Below are positions 35,869-43,859 of a stretch of 64,000 nucleotides of DNA, piece by piece. Each line of letters begins with the position of its first letter. The first letter of the stretch is position 1. A program made the position numbers and the translations under genes. The DNA comes from an uncultured Clostridia bacterium. Lineage in GTDB: Bacteria; Bacillota; Clostridia; Christensenellales; Borkfalkiaceae. The notes beneath the pieces were generated by a model. The model saw only the letters and a program-made list of their open reading frames with translations, made no database searches and was not told the DNA's origin. The stretch lies in NCBI GenBank assembly GCA_964550125.1, contig CAZJWC010000006.1:6450-70449 (forward strand), read 5' to 3'.

Positions 35869-37077
35869 ATGGCTTATAGATTAGTTTCTTTATTTTCGGG
35901 TGCAGGTGGTATGGATAAGGGTTTCCATAACGCTGGCTTTGATATTGTATGGGCTAACGATTTTGATAAAGATGCCGTAAATACTTATAAAAAGAATTTT
36001 GGCGACCATATTGTTTTGGGGGATATTACTAAAATACCAAGTAGTGATATACCTGATAATATCGACGTTGTTATTGGTGGCTTCCCTTGTCAAGGATTCT
36101 CCGTAAACAATACAAAAAGAAACATGGAAGACAAACGCAATTTTTTATATAAGGAATTATTGAGAATTGTAAAAGATAAGCAGCCAAAAGTATTTGTTGC
36201 AGAAAATGTTAAAGGATTACTTTCTATGGAAAAAGGGAAAGTAATTGAAATGATAAAAAAAGATTTTGAAGAATTAGGATATACTGTAGAATATCGCTTA
36301 CTTTTGGCGGCTGAATATGGTGTTCCTGAATTAAGGGAAAGAGTTATAATCATTGGCAATAGATTAGGTGTGAAAAATTTATATCCAAGTCCAACGCATA
36401 CTACTGAATATAAGCATTATAAATTTAACCCCAAACTTCCTAAAACGCCAACGGTAGAAGAAAGCATTGGCTTTTTAGCCGATGAACGTTTAAGAGATTT
36501 TCCTTTTAATTGTAATGGAAGAAATATTAGCGACCATATTGCATCAGAAAAAGTTGCCGATACTTTTTGGGGTAGAAAATACCCCGTAAATCAGCACGAT
36601 ATTTGTGATTATTTAAAATATTGGAGAGCAAAGTCAGGTTGGACTACTTCTAAAATAGACGCACACTTTGGATATAAATATACTGCTGGGCATTGGTTTA
36701 GAAAAGATAATAATTCAGGTAGTATTCCAAAACCAAGCGATTGGTGGGAATTAAAGAAAATTCTTGGCTTTGACGATAAATATGACAAGCAAGTCACCAC
36801 GCTTGAATTGAAAGATATTACTTTTGAACAAAGTTTAAGAATTTCAAATTGGGATAGACCTAGCGATACTATTACTGCAACGCAACCTGAAATACACCCT
36901 AATAAAATGCGTAGATTGTCAGTAAGAGAGTGTGCGATTATTCAAACATTCCCTGACGAATTTGAATTTACAGGTAGTTTAAATTCTAAATATAGACAAA
37001 TAGGAAATGCAGTTCCCGTTTTAATGGCAACAAAAATTGCAGAAAAAGTAAAAGAAATGTTAGATATGAGCAAATAA
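35869..37077 (+). CDS. DNA (cytosine-5)-methyltransferase
   Basis: Motif I FSGAGGMDKGF, motif IV GGFPCQGFS, motif VI ENVKGL, motif VIII region YGVPELRERVIIIG, motif IX RRLSVRECAIIQTFP, motif X YRQIGNAVPV. Confidence 0.95.
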   Translation: MAYRLVSLFSGAGGMDKGFHNAGFDIVWANDFDKDAVNTYKKNFGDHIVLGDITKIPSSDIPDNIDVVIGGFPCQGFSVNNTKRNMEDKRNFLYKELLRIVKDKQPKVFVAENVKGLLSMEKGKVIEMIKKDFEELGYTVEYRLLLAAEYGVPELRERVIIIGNRLGVKNLYPSPTHTTEYKHYKFNPKLPKTPTVEESIGFLADERLRDFPFNCNGRNISDHIASEKVADTFWGRKYPVNQHDICDYLKYWRAKSGWTTSKIDAHFGYKYTAGHWFRKDNNSGSIPKPSDWWELKKILGFDDKYDKQVTTLELKDITFEQSLRISNWDRPSDTITATQPEIHPNKMRRLSVRECAIIQTFPDEFEFTGSLNSKYRQIGNAVPVLMATKIAEKVKEMLDMSK

Positions 37078-37105
37078 GGGGGCAAAAAAGCCCCCTTTAT
37101 ATTTT
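37078..37105 (+). terminator. intrinsic terminator between M and R genes
   Basis: GGGGGC-AAAAAA-GCCCCC followed by TTTATATTTTGTTT, starting 1 nt after the methyltransferase stop. Confidence 0.75.
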
Positions 37106-37107
37106 GT

Positions 37108-37135
37108 TTGATTTTTCGGCAATATATGATATAAT
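37108..37135 (+). promoter_or_regulatory. extended -10 promoter for the nuclease gene
   Basis: TTGATT (37108-37113), 16 nt, TGaTATAAT (-10 at 37130-37135). Confidence 0.55.
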
Positions 37136-37166
37136 ATTCATAAAATTTACAAAGGAGTTAATTTTA

Positions 37167-37907
37167 ATGAAAGCCATAGAAGAATTAGAGTATAAATATC
37201 TTAAAAAATATTATTATTTCTTAAAATTTGCAGAAGATGAAATGATGCAGGGTTTTAAGACAAAAGAAAAGATAAAAGACGATTGGTTTACATATTATTC
37301 TTCGGGGATTTCTGATTTTGCTGTTGGTGCAGAGCGTATAGTTTATGCGCTACTTAATGGTAAAGGTATTGGTCAACCTAATTCTGCTCCTGTTGGCTCG
37401 GATTTGTTTTTTGAAGTAGAAGATGCATATATTCATATTGACTTGAAGACAGTTCAAACTGATAATATTGGCGATTATACAACTAGTATCTTTGTTGGCG
37501 AAAATCAAAATAGTTATAAAGGCAATATGTTGGTTAATGGTGAAGAAAGACCGTATGTTCCACATTTGCCCGCATTTTATAATAAAGGTAAAATAAATCA
37601 AAAAATATGCTTATCATATTTTGTCACGATTTTATACGATAAAGCCAACTTGGATATATTGTGCATCTCAATAATTTGTATGCCTAATGGTCTTTTAGAA
37701 CCACATTATGGAACAAGAGTATTAAAGGCTGGTAAAAACCCAGGAAAAACAAGGTTTAATTTTTCAAAAGTTGAAAATTTTGAATTGTTAGGTGAAGACA
37801 AAAAGCGTATTCAAGTTGTATATTTTAAGGAAAATATGGACGAAAAATACAGGTCTAAACTTGCTTTTTATGAAAAATTATACAAACAACAAACAGTTAT
37901 TAAATAA
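37167..37907 (+). CDS. putative type II restriction endonuclease (PD-(D/E)xK candidate), specificity unknown
   Basis: Sits directly downstream of the C5 MTase. GSDLFFEVEDAYIHIDLKT gives a D...DxK arrangement. AAAGGAG RBS before the ATG at 37167. I do not recognise the family. Confidence 0.55.
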   Translation: MKAIEELEYKYLKKYYYFLKFAEDEMMQGFKTKEKIKDDWFTYYSSGISDFAVGAERIVYALLNGKGIGQPNSAPVGSDLFFEVEDAYIHIDLKTVQTDNIGDYTTSIFVGENQNSYKGNMLVNGEERPYVPHLPAFYNKGKINQKICLSYFVTILYDKANLDILCISIICMPNGLLEPHYGTRVLKAGKNPGKTRFNFSKVENFELLGEDKKRIQVVYFKENMDEKYRSKLAFYEKLYKQQTVIK

Positions 37908-37984
37908 TATTGGGCGGGTATCATAACTAATATAAAACATAATATATGGGGTGGGGTTAAATGTCCTGCCCTTAATTTTACAAT

Positions 37985-38018
37985 AAAAAAGAGCGTAAAA
38001 ATTGTTCGTTTTACGCTC
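37985..38018 (-). terminator. orphan minus-strand terminator-like hairpin
   Basis: Perfect 10-bp stem GAGCGTAAAA (37991-38000) / TTTTACGCTC (38009-38018). The T-run lies only on the minus-strand side, and no minus-strand gene reads into it. Confidence 0.45.
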
Positions 38019-38040
38019 AAATTGGCTCACCAAGTTAGTT

Positions 38041-38082
38041 AAACAAACTCATTTCAGTTATGAAATGAGTTTGTTTTTATTA
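38041..38082 (+). terminator. intrinsic terminator closing the R-M module
   Basis: 15-bp stem AAACAAACTCATTTC / GAAATGAGTTTGTTT with loop AGTTAT, then TTATTAT. Confidence 0.75.
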
Positions 38083-38131
38083 TACCACTACTTAAAAGGT
38101 TTTGCACATAGTGTATACGCTTTTCAAATGT

Positions 38132-38160
38132 TTGACTAATAAAAAATTTTGTGATAAAAT
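38132..38160 (+). promoter_or_regulatory. extended -10 promoter for yggS-sepF
   Basis: TTGACT (38132-38137), 17 nt, TGaTAAAAT (-10 at 38155-38160). The -10 ends 10 nt before the ATG at 38171. Confidence 0.6.
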
Positions 38161-38170
38161 GTTTGCCACT

Positions 38171-38839
38171 ATGATAGAAGAAAATGTAAAAAATATACTT
38201 AGTCAAATTTCAAAGGGAAATAAATACGGCGAACAAATTACTCTCGTTGGTGCAACTAAAATGCAGACGACTGAAAGCATAAACCTCGCCATAAAAAGTG
38301 GTTTAAAAGTTGTAGGTGAAAACAAGGCTGATGAGTTTTGCGACAAGTATGATTTGCTACTTCCTTGTGAAAAGCATTTTATCGGTTACTTGCAAACTAA
38401 TAAAATTAAATATCTTTTAGGAAAAGTAGACTTATACCACTCAGTAGGAAGACTAAATTTAGCACAGGAACTTGACAAACGCTCTCAATTAAAAGAACTA
38501 ACTTCAAACATTTTACTAGAGATAAACATTGGCAGAGAAGAAAGCAAAAGTGGTTTTTTAATTGAAGATTTTGAGCAAAACTATGAGTTAATTATGAATA
38601 TGTCAAACCTAAAAGTTAAAGGACTTATGACAATGCTTCCACCTAGCACAGATAAAAATTATCTATTTGATTTAGCATCAAATATGCGACAAATATTTGA
38701 CAAATATAAAAAGACAAACAAAGATATGTGTTATCTTTCAATGGGTATGAGTGGTGACTATGAAGTTTGTATAGAGGCTGGTAGCAATATGATTAGAGTT
38801 GGCAGTGGAATTTTTGGTAAAAGAGAATATCAAATATAA
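38171..38839 (+). CDS. yggS: YggS family pyridoxal-phosphate homeostasis protein
   Basis: LVGATKMQ (PLP Lys), FIGYLQTNK and MGMSGDY motifs. The upstream in-frame ATG at 38159 overlaps the -10 box. Confidence 0.85.
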   Translation: MIEENVKNILSQISKGNKYGEQITLVGATKMQTTESINLAIKSGLKVVGENKADEFCDKYDLLLPCEKHFIGYLQTNKIKYLLGKVDLYHSVGRLNLAQELDKRSQLKELTSNILLEINIGREESKSGFLIEDFEQNYELIMNMSNLKVKGLMTMLPPSTDKNYLFDLASNMRQIFDKYKKTNKDMCYLSMGMSGDYEVCIEAGSNMIRVGSGIFGKREYQI

Positions 38840-38876
38840 AGGGAGGCAAATTGCCTATAATTAAGGAGTATTATTT

Positions 38877-39197
38877 ATGAAAATTATGGAGGAAGATAAC
38901 AAAAAAACACAATTTGGCAATTTTTTTAGTACGGACAATAACAATAAAACGATAAATGAAATGCCTGTTCAGTTTAGAAAACCAAAGTCATTTTTAGATG
39001 TAGAAGAAATTATGGACAACCTAAAAGCAAACAGAACGGTAATAACCTACCTTGACCAAGTTGCAGAGGAAACTAAAGTTCGTGTGCTTGATATTTTGAG
39101 TGGTGCTATATATGCACTAAACGGCTCAATGATGCAAATTGAAAAGGATTGTTTTTTATTTACACCAGCAGGAGTAAACAATCCATATTTAAAATAA
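38877..39197 (+). CDS. sepF: cell division protein SepF
   Basis: DUF552 core: RKPKSFLDVEEIMDNLKANRTVITYLDQV...RVLDILSGAIYALNGSM. Conserved yggS-sepF adjacency. Confidence 0.8.
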   Translation: MKIMEEDNKKTQFGNFFSTDNNNKTINEMPVQFRKPKSFLDVEEIMDNLKANRTVITYLDQVAEETKVRVLDILSGAIYALNGSMMQIEKDCFLFTPAGVNNPYLK

Positions 39198-39229
39198 AAT
39201 TAACGACCACAAAAGTGGTCGTTTTTTTA
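39195..39229. terminator. bidirectional intrinsic terminator
   Basis: AACGACCAC-AAAA-GTGGTCGTT followed by TTTTTT, between convergent sepF and the lipid kinase gene. Confidence 0.85.
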
Positions 39230-40090
39230 TGGTCTATACATAAGTAATTTATTTTTAACAATTTCTACTTCAAAGGGTATATTGTCATAAATTTCGCCAT
39301 CAACCTGAACGGAGAATAAAGCATCACTTTCAATTTTTACCTTTTGACATCTTTGATGTTCGGTAAAAGAAGTTTCTAAAATCTTTCCACGCATAACGCT
39401 AATAAAGTCGATAGGTAGTAAAATCTTTTTGCGATACTTACACACAACAAAATCTAAAAGCCCGTCATCTACTACCCCTTCAGGACACATTTTTATTCCA
39501 CCACCGATAGTTTTTCCATTTGCAACACAAGCAATAAAACAATCATTTTTGCCCTTTTTACCATTGCACTCATATGAAAAATTATACTTTTTAAAGTGAA
39601 ATAATGAATATATAAAACTTGTCATATATGAAAACCTTGTAGGTTTTTTCTTGCTTTCATATTTACGGAGTACATCTACATCTATCCCTGCGCCTATTAG
39701 GTTTATACCTCTAACGGTTGGCATTTGCATAAAGTCGGTATATTTGGGAGTACAACCCAAAATAATATCGAGGGATTTTTTTGTATCGTGTGGAATTTGC
39801 ACACAAGAAGCAAAATCATTTCCCGTTCCACAAGGAATAAGTCCCAAACGGCAACTCTCAAAGTTAGTAAATCCGTTAAGCACCTCATTTAATGTACCGT
39901 CCCCACCTAGAGCAATAATTTCCTTATGTCCGTTTTCAGTCAAATCACGTGTAATTTCAATCGCTTCTTTAGGTTGAGTGGTTTTATGTACTTGATAGTC
40001 GATACACATGCCGTCCAGCATTTGACATACTTCTGCCAACTTAATATTTATAGCATCATTTTTATAAGGATTAAGAATTATATGTTTCAT
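39227..40090 (-). CDS. diacylglycerol/lipid kinase family protein (YegS/DagK-like)
   Basis: GGDGTLNEV and GLIPCGTGNDF motifs. Confidence 0.88.
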   Translation of the reverse strand: MKHIILNPYKNDAINIKLAEVCQMLDGMCIDYQVHKTTQPKEAIEITRDLTENGHKEIIALGGDGTLNEVLNGFTNFESCRLGLIPCGTGNDFASCVQIPHDTKKSLDIILGCTPKYTDFMQMPTVRGINLIGAGIDVDVLRKYESKKKPTRFSYMTSFIYSLFHFKKYNFSYECNGKKGKNDCFIACVANGKTIGGGIKMCPEGVVDDGLLDFVVCKYRKKILLPIDFISVMRGKILETSFTEHQRCQKVKIESDALFSVQVDGEIYDNIPFEVEIVKNKLLMYRP

Positions 40091-40155
40091 AGCGTACCCT
40101 TATTTATTATACCCCTTTTACTATAAGTTTGCAATAGATAAAAATTTTTTAATCG

Positions 40156-40184
40156 TTGATTTTTAAACATAATTTTGTTATAAT
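40156..40184 (+). promoter_or_regulatory. extended -10 promoter for cca
   Basis: TTGATT (40156-40161), 17 nt, TGtTATAAT (-10 at 40179-40184). The -10 ends 9 nt before the ATG at 40194. No SD in between. Confidence 0.6.
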
Positions 40185-40193
40185 GATTTTGTT

Positions 40194-41570
40194 ATGAATA
40201 AAGTTGTTTTTGAAAAACTATACACCCTTGCTGAAAAATCAGCATATCCGTTATATATTGTTGGTGGCAGCGTGAGAGATTTTCTTGCAAAGAAGGAAAA
40301 AGAGAGTATTGATATTGATGTATCCTCTCCAGCCCCCCTTGAGTATATATTAAAAATTGCAGAGGAGTTAGGATTTACTACAAATGCAATTTACAAGCGT
40401 ACGGGGACAGCAAAACTTTGTTGCGAACAGGGGGAAATTGAATACTCAACCTTTAGAACGGACAAGTATATTGACGGAATACACACTCCTGTTAAAATTG
40501 AGTTTACAACAGACATTTTGACAGATGCAAAAAGGCGTGATTTTAAGTGCAACGCAATATATTATGATATAAAAGGGGAGAAATTTGTTGACCCCCTTGG
40601 AGCACTACACGATATAAAACACAAACTAATTTCAACAACTAGAGATAGTGATTGTGTATTTGCTGAAGACGGTTTAAGGCTTATGCGATTAGCAAGAATT
40701 GCAGGACAAATTGGATTTACTCCCACTGCAAATTGTATGCAAGGCGCAAAGAAAAATGCCAACCTAATAAAAGATATTTCAGCCGAAAGAGTTTTTGATG
40801 AATTAAACAAAATTTTGCATGCTGATAGCGTATATTTAAACGGAAAGGGCAACGAGCATTACGAAGCTTTAAAGATACTAGATAACACTAGAGTGCTAGA
40901 TAAAATTATACCCGAACTTACAAAGGGAAGGGGTATGGAACAGCGAAAAGATTTTCATGACCATGATGTTTTAGAACATAGTTTAAGGGTGGTAAAATAT
41001 TCAAACCCTTCCGTTCGTTTTTCAGCACTATTGCACGATGTAGCAAAGCCATACTGCAAACAAACCACAGGTAAATTTTCACAACACGAAATAGTTGGTG
41101 AAGAGATTGCAAATAAAATTTTAAACAGATTGAAAGCACCCAAACATTTAACCCAAAGAGTATGCAAACTTATATCCTTGCATATGTATGATTTAGATTT
41201 AAAGACGAGTGAAAACAAGGTTAGAAAATTTATCGTAGATAACTTTGAATATTACGATGAGTTGATTTATTTAAAACAAGCAGATTTTTCAGGTTGTAAG
41301 GACGATTTATCTATTTGCCCTACAATAGAAAAATGGACAAATATTATTCAAAAAATGAAAAGCGAGAAAGTTCCTTTTACCATTAAAGAATTAAAGGTAA
41401 ATGGAAACGACATTGCAAACCTAGGTTGCAAAAAAGAGAACATTGGACTAATGTTAAAAAAACTATTACACCTTTGTGTAGTTGACAGCACTCTAAACAG
41501 CAAAGAGGTTTTACTTGGAATTGCAAATAATTTTTTAAAACAATTAAATATGGAGAGAAAATATGAATAA
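40194..41570 (+). CDS. cca: CCA-adding tRNA nucleotidyltransferase with HD domain
   Basis: YIVGGSVRDFL, SIDIDVSS, RRDFKCNA, and HD domain FHDHDVLEHSL...LLHDVAKP. Confidence 0.88.
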   Translation: MNKVVFEKLYTLAEKSAYPLYIVGGSVRDFLAKKEKESIDIDVSSPAPLEYILKIAEELGFTTNAIYKRTGTAKLCCEQGEIEYSTFRTDKYIDGIHTPVKIEFTTDILTDAKRRDFKCNAIYYDIKGEKFVDPLGALHDIKHKLISTTRDSDCVFAEDGLRLMRLARIAGQIGFTPTANCMQGAKKNANLIKDISAERVFDELNKILHADSVYLNGKGNEHYEALKILDNTRVLDKIIPELTKGRGMEQRKDFHDHDVLEHSLRVVKYSNPSVRFSALLHDVAKPYCKQTTGKFSQHEIVGEEIANKILNRLKAPKHLTQRVCKLISLHMYDLDLKTSENKVRKFIVDNFEYYDELIYLKQADFSGCKDDLSICPTIEKWTNIIQKMKSEKVPFTIKELKVNGNDIANLGCKKENIGLMLKKLLHLCVVDSTLNSKEVLLGIANNFLKQLNMERKYE

Positions 41571-43170
41571 CAGTCAAAACAACACAGTTGAAGTGAAGTA
41601 CATCAAAAAAAGAAGAAACATTTTTCTTTCAATACTAATTTACTTTTTAGTATTTTTATTCGGCTTTGTTTCAGCCTTTGGAGTAACAGCCTTAGTCGTA
41701 TACCAGGTTGTAGCAAAAAAGTCTATAAATGAGGTAGACGATTTTCAAGCAGGTTTTACAGGTTCATCAATAAAGGAACTTGAAATTTTAAGCGATGAAG
41801 CCTGTGAGGGAACACTTTTAGACTTGTTTACGCTAATATCAAACAAGTTTGAGGGAGAGTCAACATTGAGCGATTTTACCGACATATCCCCCATACTCTC
41901 AACAAAAGTTGACGAGTTGGTTAAAAAAATAAACGACCTTGATGTTATAACTATTGATGTTGACAAACTGAAAAGCACTCAATTAAGTAAATTAGGTGAA
42001 TTTTTACAAGACACCGTAGAGCAAACAGAAGTTGCAAAAATTTTGTTTGACAGTGATACAAACTATTCAACCCAAAACGAACTTTTAATGCGTCTTTGCT
42101 TTGGAGATGATTATGTTGTGAATGAAGATAACACGGTAACGGGCACTAGAACAACAATCTCAAACATTTCAACTAGATTTGAGGAACTTATAAACAATAT
42201 TGAGATTGCTGACTTTACTGATGTAGACCCTAATTCAGCCATTATGATGTATCTAGCATACGGAAAGTTTGATAAAGTAAAATATACATATACTGCTGAA
42301 AACCAAATAGGTGTTTCTGCAGATGAAACTATTTTATATGACTCTAAAAAACTGACAGCAACTAAAGTTGGAGATGATTATTACTTAAAAAAGAATACGG
42401 GCACAGATGCGTATACTGATGCTGATGGATTTTATTTAGGAAATGACGGAAAAAAACTTACCATAGAAGACGTTACCCTTTACAATGGAGAAACAGAAGT
42501 TAGAGCAAGCAAGGTTGATGAAATAAGCAGTAAACTAAACACTATTTATGATGACTTAACTCTTGACGATTTATTAACAATAGACTCTACGAGTCCAAAA
42601 GTTTTACAATCTTTAAAAACAAGCACTTTAAACGGCTTTAGTAACGATTTAAATGTGTTGCCCTTAAAAGATATTATTGAAATTAGTGATGATGACAAAA
42701 TTTTATGTAACTTAAAGTCATCTACTTTAAATACTCTAAATGACGATATAAACAATTTGACTGTACAAGATTTGTATTATACGGACATCTATTCTACTTA
42801 TGTTTTGGCTACAAGTTATGAAAGTGGAGTAAATTATTATACGACTACCGACAATGTAAACTATACAAAATGCCAAGCCTTAACTGAATTTGAAAGTGGC
42901 GTGGATTACTATACGGGTGGAAATATATATGGCATTTGGAAGTATCTACTAATCAAAGACGGAACTGAGCAATTTATTAAAATACAAGAATTTGACTCTG
43001 CAATGGATAATGTAAAGGAAAATATTTCAAAGGCATCTCTTGCAGATTTGAAAACTGACGGATTTTTATCGGGCAACCTTGATAAAAATTTGACCTATAA
43101 TGGTGTAACAAAAAATTTAGGTGAGTTTACGATTGATGAACTAATAGGCTACATAAATCAATTACCTTAA
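41563..43170 (+). CDS. membrane-anchored protein with internal repeats, unknown function
   Basis: 535 aa with one N-terminal TM segment (IFLSILIYFLVFLFGFVSAFGVTALVVY). Start overlaps the cca stop by 8 nt. Repeated LK(T/S)STLN...L and (Y/F)ESGV(N/D)YYT motifs. Confidence 0.6.
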   Translation: MNNSQNNTVEVKYIKKRRNIFLSILIYFLVFLFGFVSAFGVTALVVYQVVAKKSINEVDDFQAGFTGSSIKELEILSDEACEGTLLDLFTLISNKFEGESTLSDFTDISPILSTKVDELVKKINDLDVITIDVDKLKSTQLSKLGEFLQDTVEQTEVAKILFDSDTNYSTQNELLMRLCFGDDYVVNEDNTVTGTRTTISNISTRFEELINNIEIADFTDVDPNSAIMMYLAYGKFDKVKYTYTAENQIGVSADETILYDSKKLTATKVGDDYYLKKNTGTDAYTDADGFYLGNDGKKLTIEDVTLYNGETEVRASKVDEISSKLNTIYDDLTLDDLLTIDSTSPKVLQSLKTSTLNGFSNDLNVLPLKDIIEISDDDKILCNLKSSTLNTLNDDINNLTVQDLYYTDIYSTYVLATSYESGVNYYTTTDNVNYTKCQALTEFESGVDYYTGGNIYGIWKYLLIKDGTEQFIKIQEFDSAMDNVKENISKASLADLKTDGFLSGNLDKNLTYNGVTKNLGEFTIDELIGYINQLP

Positions 43171-43177
43171 CAAGATA

Positions 43178-43211
43178 GAAAGAGCATATCAAAAGGATAT
43201 GCTCTTTTTTA
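43178..43211. terminator. bidirectional intrinsic terminator
   Basis: AGAGCATAT / ATATGCTCT stem followed by TTTTTT, with an A-rich 5' side, between convergent genes. Confidence 0.8.
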
Positions 43212-43658
43212 TCAAAAAATATTTATGACTTTTTTGTTCTGTCGCAAGGCATATTTTAGGGCAGTTTTTGCCCCACTGTTAACCTTATTTGTATCAATCC
43301 AACAGATTACACTCTCGCAGTCGTCCACCATAAATTTATTACTTAAAGTTATTCGTTTTTTAAAATGCTCGACCTCAACATCATAAACCACGGTTTGTAT
43401 ATCATCATATAAGCCCCTTTTGCTATGCAAATGATTGAGATTAGTGATAATAAGGAAAATTTGAATATCTGTATATTTTTGTTTTAAACTTCTGCATACG
43501 GACAAAGCAATTTCATCAAACTCCCCGTGATTGCCCATTAAAAAATATTTGTACCCTTCCTTCAATTTACTTTCCACAACTTCTTTTAATTTTTCCTTTA
43601 TCTCCTTTTTACAAAACACCAGTCTATGCCCTAAAAAACAGCACGATTTTTTCTTCAT
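43212..43658 (-). CDS. SLOG-fold protein, DUF1273 (YpsA-like)
   Basis: KSCCFLGHR N-terminal motif, GNHGEFDE, and C-terminal SGAKTALKYA are typical of DUF1273. Confidence 0.65.
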   Translation of the reverse strand: MKKKSCCFLGHRLVFCKKEIKEKLKEVVESKLKEGYKYFLMGNHGEFDEIALSVCRSLKQKYTDIQIFLIITNLNHLHSKRGLYDDIQTVVYDVEVEHFKKRITLSNKFMVDDCESVICWIDTNKVNSGAKTALKYALRQNKKVINIF

Positions 43659-43859
43659 TATTTTCTCCTATGAGTTAGTGATTGTTTTATTTTGATAATT
43701 TTATAGCAATAATTAAATCAAAATGAACTAATCATAAATTTATTATACCACAAATGTTTGAATTATTAACTCAATTTTTATCGTTTTAAATTTTTTCTAT
43801 GCAACCACTCAAACAGCCTTTATGCTTATACATATTAAAATAGATATAGGAGGGTTGAA

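Noticed and set aside
35534-38100. Integrase, transposase or prophage remnant flanking the R-M module
   Set aside because: No ORF of suitable size or motif exists on either strand (no tyrosine or serine recombinase and no DDE signature). Only short repeats remain, and these are reported separately as low-confidence footprints.
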